Assembly: GCA_025594325.1 (NCBI GenBank)
Contig: JANHCV010000006.1
Span: forward strand, 1 to 64,000
Length of the DNA stretch: 64,000 nt
Reading direction: 5' to 3'
DNA from: Blastocladiella emersonii ATCC 22665
Taxonomy: Eukaryota > Fungi > Blastocladiomycota
Under the pieces are notes generated by a model. That model made no database searches, was not told the DNA's origin, and worked only from the letters and a program-made list of their open reading frames with translations. This document shows positions 1 to 13,400 of the stretch, piece by piece; within the stretch, counting starts at the first letter, position 1; the number at the start of each line of letters is the position of its first letter. Both the position numbers and the translations under genes were made by a program.

Positions 1-1
<1 letters not shown>

Positions 2-55
<54 letters not shown>
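2..55 (+). repeat. (CAG)18 trinucleotide microsatellite, coding polyQ, cut by the window edge
   Basis: 18 uninterrupted CAG units were counted directly. Confidence 0.95.
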
Positions 56-56
<1 letters not shown>

Positions 57-1939
57 TCCGCGGCCAGGTCCAGCGGTTCCAGCAGCAGCACCAGGCCCAG
101 CAGCAGCACCAGGCCCAGCAGCCGCAACCCCCGCAACCGCCACCGCCGCCGCAGCAGCAATACCAGTCGCCGCAGCAGCACGTCGCCCCGCCACCCGCGA
201 CCTCCGCCTCCCCGGCACCCGCGGGCGTGACCTCGGAGCTCACGGCCGCGCAGCAGGCCGCGGTGGGCGCCGAGCTGGCCCGGCGGCGCCAGGAGACGCC
301 GCAGTTCCAGGCGATGCTCCAGCAGCAGGCGCAGGCCCAGCAGCAGGTGCAGCAGGCGGCGGTGCGCCAGATCCAGATCCAGGCGGCGCAGCAGCAGCAG
401 GCCCAGGCGCAGCAGGCCCAGGCCGAGCAGATGGCGGCGCGCCAGGGGACCCCGACCATGCACCAGCAGCAGCAGGCCCAGGCTCAAGTCCAAGCCCAGC
501 AGCAGCAGCAGCAGCAACAGCAGGCTCAGGCTCAAGCGCAAGCGCAGGCTCAGCAGCAGCAGGCTCAGGCCCAGGCAAACGCCCGCGCCAACGTCACGGC
601 GCAGGCGAACGCGTTTATGCACGCTCGCACCCAAGCGCAGGCACAGGCACAGGCCCACGCCCAACAACAGCAGCAGCAGCAGCAGCAGCCAGCGGCTCCG
701 TCACCCGCACCGCCGCAGCAGCAGCACGCCAACGCCCAGGCGCTGCAGGCGCTGGCGGCCGTCGCGACGTCGGCCGCGGCTCACGCGAGCATGGTCAACG
801 TGCAGCGGACCGGCTCGCCCCACGCCGCCGCCACGCCGCCGGCGCAGACCCCGCAGCCCCCGGCTCAGCAGCAGCAGCAGCCCGCACCTCCCGCGCCTCA
901 ACCCGCGGCATCGGCCGCTGCGGCCGCCGCGCAGGCGTCGAACGCGTCCGCAGCGCTCCAGCGGCAGCAGCAGCAGCAGCAGTTTGAGCAAGCGCAGCGC
1001 CAGGCCCAGGCCCAGGCCCAGCAAGCTCAGCAGGTGCAGCAGATGCAGCAGTCGCAGTTCATGCATGCGGCGCGCCAGGCGCACGCGCAGGCGCAGGCCA
1101 ACCTGGCGTTCCAGCAGCAGGTGCAGGCGTCGCAGGCGGCGCGCACCGCGGCCGTGAACGCGGCGCACGCGGCGCGCCAGTCGGGTCCCGGCACCGCGAG
1201 CGACGCGAGCACGCCCGCGTCCGCGACCTCGACGCCGCCGACGACCGCTGCGGGGCTGCTCGGCGGCTCGAACGCGGCACCGCCCGCACCGGGCTCCCGT
1301 GTCGCGACGCCCGCCATGGCGACCGTGGTGCCGCCGCCAGTCGTTCCCGCCCCCGCATCGGCGGCACCTGCCCCCGCTCCAGTCGCGTCGGCGCCCGCTC
1401 CCACGCCCGCCATGAACGTCGCAGCGACCGCAGCGGCGGCGGCGGGCCAGGCCAACTCGGCGGCCATGATCAACCCGTACATGGCGGCGATCGCGGCGCA
1501 GGCGCAAGCGCACGCTCAGGCGCAAGCGCAGGCGCAGGCGCAGGGCCAGCACCTCGTGCACCAGCACCAGCACCACCCGAACGCGGCGGCGGCGCTCATG
1601 GGCCACGGGCACGCGCACGCTCACCCGCACGCGCACCCGGCGACGGCCATGGTCAACGCGCACATGATGGGGATGCACCACCCGGGGATGGGCGTGCCCA
1701 TGAACCCGATGATGTACCACTCGCTCGCCATGAACATGTTCGCCGCCAACGGCGGGCGGCCCACCATGATGCCCGGCCCGAGCGTCGCGTCGTACGCCAT
1801 GTACTCGGCGATGCGCGCCGCCGCCTTGGTCAACCGGCCACCCATGCCCATGGCCCCGCAGCCGCAGCCGCGGCCGCCGATGATGCCGCCAACGGGACCC
1901 GCGGGCGCGCCGGGTGTGCGGCCGCCGCCGCCGTCTTGA
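2..1939 (+). CDS. 3' part of a polyQ/Gln-Ala-Pro-His-rich low-complexity protein (5' end outside the window)
   Basis: The frame of ORF 227..1939 is open from base 2 (CAG run) to TGA at 1937-1939. It has QA repeats, polyQ tracts, an HAHAHPH tract and a Met/Pro-rich tail. No folded domain was recognised. Confidence 0.6.
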
Positions 1940-2314
1940 CGGTGATCGGCCCGGTCCAGTCGTCAGCGGGCGTTGTAATGCTTGATTCACTCGGTTCACT
2001 CACTACCCCACATACATTATACTGTCCGTCTTCCTGATCGGCCACGTCTCGTGGATTTTGAGAGGGTGGGTGCGAAGGAAGCGAGCGACGAGGGAGGGCC
2101 TCAGCAACGCAGGTCGAAGCAAGGCGCGGTCACGGTGCACAAAAAAAAGGAGAATGACTATAGCAACGACGATGACAAGTAGGACCGAGGACACGAGAGG
2201 GGAGTCCGGCGCGCGCTTCCGCCAGGATACGTTCCATGGCGGGCGAGCGAGCAGCCGTGACGGCCACCACAACCCGACGCAATGCAGCGCACGCAGCAGC
2301 AGGAAGCCGAGGGC

Positions 2315-2867
2315 TTACTTGCGCATGAGGAGGTAGATGCTCTCGCCCTTGCGGAAGTTCTGCAGGTGCTTGGCCTCGCCCATCAACCGGAGCAGCAGGC
2401 CGCCAAAGGAAATGTACACGGAGCTACGGGGGCGGGCGGGTGTGCGGGGGTAAGTGGTCGGTCGGTCGGTCGGACGAGGGGTCCGATCGAGGAGCGAGGA
2501 CCGGCGCGAGTAACCAGGACACGTACACCATGGAGTTGTTCTCCTCCTCAAACTTGTAGCAGCGGCCGTGGCAGACGTAGTCGAACTCGTCGCTCAGGTC
2601 GCGGTCGTCGGTGGGCAGCTTGTCCCGCCACGAGTCGCGCTGCACGGTCTGGGCGCCGTTGAGGGCGAGCGAGGTGGTGAGGGTCAGGGTGAACTTTTCT
2701 CCGGCCTTGAGCGGGTACAGCTCGTTGTTGAAGTCGAGGGTCAGCTCGGCGTGGTAGTTGTCGGACGAGGCGTTGAGCCGCGACACGCGGTCGAACCGCT
2801 TGCCGTCGGCGTCCACGTCCTTGATGGCGAACATGTCCGAGAACAGCAGGGCGTCGTTGCGGCTCAT
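2315..2867 (-). CDS. RPB8: RNA polymerases I/II/III shared subunit RPABC3, 2 exons (intron 2424-2526)
   Basis: MSRNDALLFSDMFAIKDVDADGKRFDRVSRL...DFNNELYPL...FDYVCHGRCYKFEE spliced to VSVYISFGGLLLRLMG...IYLLMRK*. The intron has a GTACGT donor and a TAG acceptor. Confidence 0.97.
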
Positions 2868-3425
2868 GGTGGCGGCGGGGCGTCGATCACGTTGCAATGA
2901 GTGGGGTGCGTGGCCTAGCTTCGTGGGGCCCGTTGTCGTCGTCGCTTCCCCCCATGGCCGCGGCACCGACGTCGACGGCGGCGGGCAACGCGGTGTGCCG
3001 ACCCGCCAGCCAGCTGTCACGTGACCCGTAGCGAGGTGTTGGCCGCGTCCCTCCTCCGCGAGGCCTCCTCGGGCCCGGATGCTGATCGAATACCTGACGC
3101 GCCATGTTCTCGCTATTCTGCGCGGGATTGGTCGTCTGAGGAAGAATTCGGGGGTGGGGAATTCCCGGCGCGTGTCCGGTGCGGGTCCGGAGAGATCCGC
3201 GCGCCTACCGCCGCCGTTCCGCGCTCCCGCAACTAGCACTTGTTGATGAAGCACTAGAACTACACGCAACGCAACGCACGCTCCGGGCTGGCCCTGAACA
3301 CGAATCAACTCCACGCATCGACACCCTCCACCCCCGCTGGCCCGCCTGCCGCCCTTGTCGTCGTCTCGCGACCCTGGTCCCGGCCGATCCCCCCTGCATC
3401 CGCATACACCTCCCTCGCACCGACC

Positions 3426-4174
3426 ATGAGCACCGCAAAAGTCGGCTACCTCTTCCTCCGAACTATGGCCAAGCCCATCGCCAACGCCGTCAAGTCCTAC
3501 GCAAAGTGCGTCGCCCGCGGATCGCGAGCTGGGGCCGGTGCATGCAGCGCACTGACCCGATCGCCGCCGCTGCCCCCAGAGAACACCCGCGGTTCAGCGA
3601 GTTCTGTATCGGCTTCGCGCAGAAGCTCCACCGTGCCGAGATGACGCTCAAAAAGTCCATCTTCGACTATCAGGTATTTTGGACTACTACCCTTACTGCC
3701 ACGCCGCGGAGGGCTTACGACTGCCAACTTGCGTGTAGATTGACCACGTGCGCCCTCTCAGCGATGTCCGGTACGTAAACGCCTGTAACTCCGTTGCTAG
3801 ACCCGTCGTGATCGCTAACTCGGCTCCCGACACCTTTTCTCAGTGCTCTCGAGATGGGGGCCAACTTCATTGGCGAAGCAACGCTGTTCTCGCTCGTCGC
3901 TACGGTCGTCGTCATCGAAACAACGCGTTCCAGCATCTCGTCCAAGCGCAAGGAGGCCGTGCAGAACCAGCGCATCACTGCCGCCGAGGACGGCATCCGG
4001 GACCGCGAGCAAGAGATTTTGGCGCTACGTTGCGAGATGGCCGAGCTGAAGAAGATCGTCGAGCAGTTCAACGACCAAATCGACGAGCTCAAGGCGCGGG
4101 CCGAGGTCGATCCAGCGGCCGAGTCGGCGGTGGCCGTGGCGGCCCCGAGCTCGTCCTCGTGGAAGTTTTGGTAA
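3426..4174 (+). CDS. OPA3: OPA3-family mitochondrial protein, multi-exon
   Basis: MSTAKVGYLFLRTMAKPIANAVK / EHPRFSEFCIGFAQKLHRAE / MGANFIGEATLFSLVATVVVIE...KRKE plus a coiled coil. These are OPA3 family motifs; the internal micro-exon boundaries are approximate. Confidence 0.9.
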
Positions 4175-4446
4175 CGCCATTAGGGCGCGATATACAGTTG
4201 ACTACACTCCTAGAACTGCATGTTGGACGCGAAACGCGGTGCGAGACGCGGCTGCGAGACATCACGTGGCGCTCGCGTGAGCTGAAACGCGACGCGTCCC
4301 ACCGCGCGAGTGACGCGCGCTTTGTTTCCCGGCACCGCTCGCCGTTGATGACGGCTCGTCCCGGATCCAGTGCTCCCTCTCGCCCGCCACTACCCGCCAT
4401 AGACTACGACACCACGAATAGACCGGCGGCAACTACCACTAGAACC

Positions 4447-7420
4447 ATGGACTCCCGACCCCTCCGCCGCGCGCTACCGCGGCTCGCTGTCGGCGCTCTG
4501 CTCGCGCTCATGTGCTCGTCCGCAGTAGCCTCGCCCGCGGGTGCCCGCCCGCCACCTGCCGGCAACGCCATCGCGTGGGGCGCCGCGCCGCACGAGGTCC
4601 GCGAGGACGCCCGCGACAGCATCCTGACGCACGACCAGCTCGCGCACGCGCTGTCAACGTCATCGCAGCCCGTGTACGAGGCCCTGCCCGCGACCGCCTT
4701 CAACGTCAACTTCACCGCCATCCTCTCCAACGTCAAGCTCCCGAACATCAGCAACATCAACTTACCGCCGCTCTCGACCGACGCGCTCGCCGAGGCCTTC
4801 GACGTCAACAAGACCAAGAACCTCGGCGGCCTCGAGGTGTGGTCGGGCCTCGGTCAGTCCTGGCGCGCCGGCGTCCGCGGGCAGCAGCCGCTGTCCCAGG
4901 CCGCGGTCAAGGACGGCTCGATCGACCCGGCCAACCCCGAGCTGCAGAAGATCATCCTGGTACGCCGCCGCTACTCTCACGAGGAATGTGACGATCGCGA
5001 TTCTGACTTTGTTCGACTGACAACTTGTGTAGCCGGTCCTCATCTTCGCGGGGATCTGCATCGTGGCGGGCATCCTGACCCTGCTCTCCTCGCCCATCAC
5101 GGCGTGCTGCGCCGTGTACCGCAAGCCGTCGGGCCTCGCGCAGCGCCGCCTGGCCGACGGTTCCAACAAGAAGGGATTCCTCCGCCTCAAGATCGCCTTC
5201 ATTGTCCTCGCGTTCCTCCAGCTGTACGCGCTCTGCCTGCCCGGTCTCGACCCCTCGATCCATCCCCTTGCTAACTTGCTCCATCACACGGCTAGGATCT
5301 TCGTCATCTGCATGACGCAGGGCAACGCGGCGCTCTCGCGCGGAATCTCCACGTCGGTCGGCGCCGTCCAGAACACGGCCGAGGCCGCCTACGCCATCAC
5401 CTACAACCTGCAGCCCGTCGCCAACGGCATCATCTCGGGGACCTCGGCGGTCATCAACTCGACCATCGACGATATCACGGCGCCCACCACGGTGCCCGCG
5501 TTCGAGGCCAGCATCAAGACGGCCGGCGACGCGCTGTCGTCGATCCTGCGCGCGGCGGCGGGCCAGGTGACGGGCGCCAAGTCGGACCTCGATGCGCTCG
5601 ACGCGTCGCTCTCGACCACCACCGGCAACGTCAACACGGTCAAGTCGGACCTCAACAACGCCCTCTCGGGCGCCAACAACCTCAACGCGCAGCTCACGGT
5701 GCCCAACACCAACGAGGGGTACCGCCTGACCAACCAGATCTCGGGCATCCCGACGGCCTCGAGCTTCGGCATCCCGGACCTCAGCTCGCCGCCCAGCACG
5801 TCCCAGGCGCGCAACCAGGTCAACGGGCTGCCGGACCTCGCCGCGCAGGCCAACAACGTCGACGCGCAGGTCGCCTCGGCGGGGGCCACGGTCCGCACCA
5901 AGCTCGCCGAGGCCAACACGGCCGTCAAGGGCAACGTGCAGCCGCTCATCAACCAGGCGACGACGCTCATCAACGGGCTCGCCGACGTGAAAAAGTCGGG
6001 CTCGGTCGCCTTCGCGCTCAACTCGGCGCTCGACACGGTGCAGGCGCAGGTAACGGCGCAGTCGCAGCCCGTCAAGGGCTACCTGACCATCGCCTACTAT
6101 GTCGTGCTCGCCATTGCCATCGTCCTGATCCTCGGCTTCCTCGCCGTCGGCCTGTCGCTGCCCACCACGAGCCCCAAGCCGCCGCGCCACTGCGCGTGCC
6201 TGACGCTCCTGCTCGCCGGCCTCCTGTTCCTGCTCGCCGGCGTCTTGTTCATCGGCTCGGTCGGCGTCGGCGAGGCGTGCACGCAGCTCGACCCCGTCAA
6301 CCCGGCACCCTCGGCCGGCGCCTTCTTTCCGCCGTCGACCAACGTCACGGCCATTGCCAAGATGGGGCTCGGCACGCTCAACACGTGCGCGTCGTCGTCC
6401 AACGTGTCGGTGCTCATGGCGCTCGAGCTCAACGGCGCACCTGCGGTCCTCGGCCTCGGCGCCGGCGTGTCGCTCAACCTGACCAAGCTGACCGACTCGC
6501 AGCTGGCGTCGCTCGACCTCGCCAAGCAGGTCAACGACCAGCTCAACTCGCTCAACGTCGCGTCGCTCGTGTCGTGGAACGGCGGCAGCGTGTCGGACCA
6601 GCTCGCGCCGCTGACGGGGACGGCCGGCCCGCTCGCCTCGTTCAACTTTGGCTTCTTCTCGACGCTGCCCACGGCCATCTCGACGTCGAGCCTCGTCTCC
6701 CTGCGCGACAACCTGTCCTCCCTCAAAGGCTCGGTCGACACCAACTCGTTCACGTACGACACCACGGTGGTCACGGCGCAGCAAAAGACCAACTGCGTCA
6801 ACGACTTCAAGTCGCGGCTCGACACGCAGATCTCGGCGCTCAACAACATCATCAACACGTCGGCGCCCAACGCGGCCGCGGCGCTCGCCGACACCAAGAC
6901 CAAGGGCGGCAACCTCGAGACGCGCGTCACCCAGCTCAAGACGTCGGCCAACACGATCGTGACGCGGTTCAACGCGCTCGTCGGCGTCGCGACCGACTAC
7001 CTGGCGGCGACGCGCACGGACCTGACGACGGTGCGGATCCCGAAGGCGACCAAGTCGCTGATCGAGACGGCGGGCACCGTGGACGCGACCATCGCGGCGC
7101 GGCTCAGCTGCCAGCCGCTCGCGCGGTCGCTGCTGGCCACGACCAACGGCGTGTGCGTCGTGACGCAGAGCGGGCTCGACGCGCTGTGGCTCGCGTGCTT
7201 CTGGGCCGCCGTCGTCGCCGAGATCACGGTCGGCATCTTCGTCAAGCTGCACGCGTACCTCCGCGCCGCCCGCGACGCCCCCGCAGCGCCCGGCACCGTG
7301 CCCGCGGGCAAGGCGCCCATCTCGGGCAAGGACGCGCTCAAGGTCAACCCGGCCTCGGACGCCTTCTCCAAGGCCAACATCATCCAGTCCAACCCCATGT
7401 CGCCCGGCGCCAAGGTCTAG
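4447..7420 (+). CDS. Prominin-like 5-TM membrane glycoprotein, intact source copy (introns ~4960-5030 and 5224-5295)
   Basis: Signal peptide, TM1 followed by CC, TM2, a large luminal loop, TM3-TM4 with a Cys cluster (RHCAC), a second large loop, then CQPLARSL...VC...GLDALW...IFVKLHAYLR. That last segment resembles the prominin C-terminal motif CKPV...LC..DPLNLFW...FAVKLAKYYR. Confidence 0.75.
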
Positions 7421-10400
7421 GCAGGTCGCGATACCAGTAACTTTGTCATTTATATGCTGTTGTTCCGTTGTTTCAATCGTATTCTTTCTACACGCAGTGG
7501 AGATCTACCACGAGCTTGGCTGCTGGGCGCGTCGCGGCTCTCGTGGACCGTGGTCGAGGCCAGCGCTTGCGTGGCATGGCAGGCTCGTCAGTCAAAGCAC
7601 TTGTCATGAGAAAACAAAGATCAATTTGACTGCTTGGATTGCACTGTACAACGATGGATGTAATGAGCAACTGCCGCTACTGTACAACTACGCGGCGGGC
7701 GTCGCCTCGGCCGCCGCCATCCCGTCCTGCTTCTCCGCGGCCGCCGCCCGCTGCCGCGCCTCGTCCATGACATCGTCGAGGATGATGTCGTACCACTCCG
7801 AGTACACGTGGCGGTTGTGCGCCGCGAGCCGGACCGCGTCCTGCACGAGCGAGGCCACCTGGTCCTGCACCGCCTCGAGGCCCTTGACGGCAGCCACGGC
7901 GGGCGGAGAGTCGGACGAGGTCGACGTCGTGGGCGCGAGACCAGTGCGCAGCGCGGCCTCGATCCGGCGCACCAGCAGCTTGTACACGGGGTCCGTCTTG
8001 GCGAGACACCGCGCGATGGTGCGGTGCATCTCGGCGCCGCACAGCCGCGCGAGGTCGGCGACGAGCGCGTCGACGGCCGTCGCCGAGTCGAGTACCGCGG
8101 TCAGCTGCGCCACGGCGTCGGGGACCCGGCCGGCACGCACCAGAGCGACCACAGGCGCGGGACGGACCGCCGTACCGACGCCGCTGGCCGAGTCGCTCGA
8201 CCCGCTACGTGACCGCGCGTGCGTGATGAGCGCTGCGAAGAGCAGGGCGCGGTGCGCGCGCTCGCTGAGCCGGTCGAGCCGGTCGCCGTCGAACGGGAAC
8301 GTCTCGGGCAGGCCCGCGGGTGCCGCACGGCGCGGGAACACCACCAGGCCGACGAACGCCGCGTCCCACAGCGTGCGGTACAGCGTGCCCGATCGCGCTG
8401 ACGGTGTTGTGGTGGTGGCGATGCCCGACGACTCGACAGCGTGAGCGAGCCAGGCGCGGGTGCGCGGCAACTCGGCCGTGGGCGAACCATCGGCGGCGTC
8501 GAGGAACGCGCGGAAGTGCGCGCGCTCGAGAGGGACGATGGTGCGCCGCAGCACCGGCTTGACGCTGTGCATGCGGACACGCGCGAGGTCCTGCCGCATC
8601 GCTTCGCTGATGTCGAGCAGCGCGAAGAGCAGGGTCGCGACCGACGCAGCAGAGTCGTTGTTCGGGTGAGAAGTGGTGGTGGTCGGAGGCGAGAGTGGCG
8701 GCGCGAGGTCGGCGAGGGCAGCGTCGCGGACAGGCGCGCAGAGCTCGCGCATCAGCCGGCGCAGCCCGTCGAGCACGCCGAGCTGCTCGGCCACGTCCAG
8801 AGCGCCGCGCTCGAGTCGCTCGCGGAGCCACGCCGTGTCGCACACGGCGGCCACGCGGGGGCGCGTCGACTCGGGGTCGGGCGTCGCCATGCAAATGTTG
8901 TCGCACAGCACGCCCAGACAGTCGGGGAACCACGGCCGCAGCTGGCCCTGCGCGGCGAGCGCCGTCGTCTGGTCGCGGAACGCGCGCTTGAGCGTCGCCT
9001 GCACCCGCGCCACGTGCGGGTCAGCCGGCGGCGACAGCGTGCCCTCGAGGAACAGCTCGTGCGCGAGGCGGACGTCGTTGAGGTCGCTCGCTGGTGGTTG
9101 GTTCGACGGTGCCGTGGTGGTGGGCGAGACGGGCGGGCTGCCGGCTGGGGAAGGCAACGGTGACGACAGCGGCGTCGTGAATCCCGCCGCGACCGAGTCG
9201 GACCGGCGACCCGACGCATGGCCGGTAGAGGAGAGCGAGGGTCCCAGAAGCTCGTCTGCTGGGTCGCGCATCAGGTCGAAATGGTCAAACTCGAGGTCGC
9301 GGCGGAACCGCGCGAGGGCGACCTCAGCCTCGGCCCCGCCAAACCGCCGCAGCCGGTTGAAGATGAGCTGCTGCCGCGTGCGCAGGCCCTCGAGGTACTC
9401 GGCCGCCGCCGTCGCCACCTCGGCCGTCGCCGACTCGGTTGAGCCGACAGCGGCAGAGAGGAAGCGCGGATGCGCCGTGGCCCACATGCGGTCGACCTCG
9501 ACGAAATGCGCAATCAGCTCCTGGATCAGCGTCTGCTGGCTGGCGAGCTTCCACTCGGCAAACTGGCGCGCATACTGGGACCACGCCGCGGCGAAGTGGT
9601 GCACGCGGCGCTTGGTCGGCGACCCGAGCAGCCGCGCAAACGAGTCCATCATCAGCGTCGTCTTCTCGAACAAGTTCTTGAGAGTGGAGCGGGAGGGTTA
9701 GCGTGCAAGGGTGAGGCTGTGCGAGTGTGCGAACGTACGTCGTCGAGCGGGTTGCCCGGCCGAAGCACCTGCGACGGGGACAGCGACGTGGCGAGGGCCG
9801 CAAGGAACATGCGCGTGTCGAACGGGTTGCTGGCGTCGGTCTCGGGCACTGGGTCCTCGACGTCGACGCCCTCGTCGCTCGCCTCGGCCGAACGGTCGCT
9901 CTGGATCGAGGTGCGGCTCGCCGTGCGGGCGTGAGACATGGGCTGCCGCTCCAGCGTCGGCGTCGCCTTGGACGAAGAGGATGCAGAAGCGAAAGCGGCA
10001 ATCTCGTTGAGCAGAACGCGCGTGACGCGCAGCGTGGTCTCGTCTTCGACGTGCGCGACCAGGTCATCGAGCGTGCGGCTGCTGGCGTCGTGCCGTACGA
10101 GGTCGAGCGCGACGAAATCGGCAATGGCGGTCTCGAGGTCCGACGACGAGGTGGCGGAGCGCTGAGAGCTGAGCGAGTCGCTGGACAGGTTGCGTGGGAG
10201 CGATACGCTGGTGGTGGTAGCGCCCTCGTCCGAGGAAGCCGCGTCGCCTGAGGACGACCGAGTGGAGGCGGTCGAGTCGGTCGACGCCGCCGACGCGGTG
10301 CGCTGCCGGGGCGTGAAGCTGGTCGTACTCCCACTGCCGCCAAATGTCAGCCGGCGCGCGAGCGCTGACCGGCGGCGCGACTCGCACGCCTCGAGCTTGG

Positions 10401-13400
10401 CGCGCAGCTTCGCCGCGGTCCGCTCGCGCGCCTCGCGCTCCAGGTCGGCCTTGCGCTGCGCCGTGGTCTGCACGTGCGCGAGGTGCGACCGCGCGGACGA
10501 GACGGCGCGCTCGAGGACCGACCGCCGCGCCGATGCCGCGCGCTGCATGCGGACGGCGAGCGAGGGCCGCTTCTTGAGACCGGTACCAGTGCTCTCGCCG
10601 CCCTCGGCGGGCGCGACGGCGGCGGTGCCAGTCGGGCTCGCGGGCACGTCGGTGCACCGTGCGCGGAACCGGCCGAGCATCCCGAGCGGTTGCTGTTTGT
10701 GCGGTGGGGTCTCGGGCGAGTCGATGGAGGGGAACGCCTCGCTGCTGCCGGGACTGTTGAGGCGGCGCCTGGTTGAGGGCGATACGACTGGGATGGAGAA
10801 GGCCACGTCCATGGTTGATGGTCAGTTCATCGCTTTGGAGAGCGCGGGCTTCTCTAGTGACGAACCCTCGTAGAACACACGATGGCGTGCTGGCTACCTG
10901 GCCCCGTGCTGTGGCTCAGCAGCGGTGGTCACGGTGCGAGGCGCAGACGGTGATGAAGGCGGTCGGGCGCGAGTGCGTGATCCGCCGAGATGATGAGCGG
11001 CGCGGGCTGGTTGGTCGATGGACACACCCGTGGCGCACTTTCCTCTCGTGTTTCGACAAAGACGACGACGTGTACGGCGAGGATATCACGTCGTGCTTGC
11101 CGCAAGTGATGCGGTGGGTACAGGTGTCTCGCGAGGTCGGCGGGCGAGTTGGTGAGGGCAGCGCTCACAGAAGTCGATGATGATGATGCATGGGTTGCCG
11201 ACGGGCGGCAGAGTCCATTGAAGGCGAAGGTGAAGGTCGTTGCATTTGGAAGGAAGAGGAGATCATGGAGCAGCAGCGGGCAACGGTGAAGCGACCGACC
11301 GCCGCGAAGTGCGCACTCAACCTTATCACCGCCGGCAGTGCGCCACGGGCACCTGCAGGTGCGCCATGACCTGCTCGGCCGTCGCCAGCAGCGCGTCGTA
11401 CGCCGCCTGCAGCTGGGCGCGGCCCGCCGCCGCCACGGCCGCCACCTCGTCGTGCCCCGGCGCCGCGGCCGCGACGATGCGCTGCGTCAGGTGCTGCTTG
11501 GTCGCCAGCAGCACGTCCTGCACCTCGCCGCGCAGCTCCGGGAACGCGCGGATCAGCTGCACGATGGCGCGCATCGTCACGTCAAAGTAGGTGACCGTGG
11601 CCGCGACGGCCCCGGGTTGGTCGTTGGCGTCGCCCAGGCGTGCGCCAAACGACTCGCGCTTGCCGAGGCTCGACAGCACGAGCTGCTGCAGCGACGGGAG
11701 GATGTCGGACCGCGCGATCGCCAGCCTACACTCGGTTTCGAGGGTGAGTCGAGGTCCGTGCAGGGAGGTGAGACAGCAGGAGCGAGGCACGCACGTCTTG
11801 GGCAGCGGGTACTGGTAAAAGAGGCTCGTCAGGACGTAGCTCACGAAATGCACGTCGCGCGTGAGCACCTTGCGGAACCCGTCGAGGAACACGTCTACTC
11901 GGTGCGGGCAACCGTCAGTGAGGCAACAACCTCAGGCCAAGTGAATCAGACCACGTACGGAACGCGGGCAGCTGCACCACGGCCTCGACCGCGTCCGGGT
12001 GGAAGCCGTGCACGACAAACGCGGGCACCAGCGCCGGCTCGCGGATGAAGAGCCGGTTGACGTACTCGCCGATCAGCTCCTTGGTCTCTACATGCCGCCG
12101 TCATTCACGTGTGAGTGAGGGTGCCACGCCAGAGTAACCACGAGAACACGGACCAGGCACCATGGCCTCGACCAGCACCCGCAGCACCTTGCACTTGGTC
12201 GACCGCACGCGGTCCGCGATCGCCACCTCGTGCATGGCCGAGTCCGCCTTGGCGTGGTTGCGCAGCGTGATCTGCTGCATGTGCGGCGCGCTCGCCGCCA
12301 GCAGGAAGTCGAGCACCTGCAGCGTGACCGCCGTCGTCGCGCGCGTCGCCAGCCCGCACCCGCCCACCAGCAGCGTCTCGGGCGACGCCAGCAGCGCGCC
12401 GTACTGCACGTGCGGGTCGCCCGCCAGCGTGCGCGCCGTGAACACGGTCACCTCCATTGGGTACAGCGCGAACCGCCGCGTCCACGCGTCGACGCTGCCC
12501 GCCATCACGAGCCCCGCGATCTCGCCCATGGTCGGGATCGTGCTGCTGTTTTCAGTGGTCTCGAGCTCGGCGGTAGTCCGAGACACGGTGGTGGTGGTCG
12601 ATGGCCACGCCGGGTCCTTGGGGCGGACCGACTGCATGTGCTGCGAGTACTCGGGCGGCAGCGTGCCGAGGAGCGCAAAGTACAGCGCCGGCGACGCGGC
12701 CACGGCGGGGACGCGCACGAGCTGCGCGAGCGGCATCCGGTGCAGCAGCTGGAGCGAGAGCGGCGGCAGCGTCGGGTGCTGGTGGCACCCGCGCCGCCGC
12801 GTGTAGCTCAGCACGTAGTACGCCAGCACCGCCGTGCGCGGGCCGGGCGGGATCACCCCGCTGGTGACCTGCGTGACGTGCGCCCAGATGGCCTGCTCGT
12901 CGAGCGGCGAGTAGCACGGCGCCGGGTCCGCGTGCAGCCTACTCGTTACAGCGGGTTAGTACTGGCTTAGCTCAGTAGCGACGATACAACGCGTACCCCT
13001 CGATAAACTGGTCGACGAGCTCGATCAGCGCGCGGTCGACCCGCTCGCACTGCAGAATGTGCGCGAGCAGCCACGGGCCCAGGTCGAGCCCGGCGCGCTG
13101 GAACTCGCCCCCGCCTTGCATCAGCTGCAGCACCAGCATCGCCGAGCCCTCGGCGTGCAGCAGCGCCGCGCGTGCCAGCGTTGACGTCGGCAGGACCGCG
13201 CGGACGTGCTCGACGCACGCCGACCCGTTGGGCAGCAGGTACCCGCTCGCTCCGCCGGGACCGCTGCCGCCGACGGGCGCGCCGAGCCAGTCGAACACGA
13301 GCCGCTCGACCATGCCCCAGCTGTTGTCGAGGACGTGGTACACGAGCACCGCGAGCGACGGGTTGCTGGCGACCCACGCGGCGAGGACCGGCGCCGTGAA

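Noticed and set aside
4952-7252. 766-aa antisense ORF and the many other long Arg/Ala/Gly-rich overlapping ORFs in the track
   Set aside because: These are shadow frames caused by high GC3 on the true coding strand. They have no family motifs.
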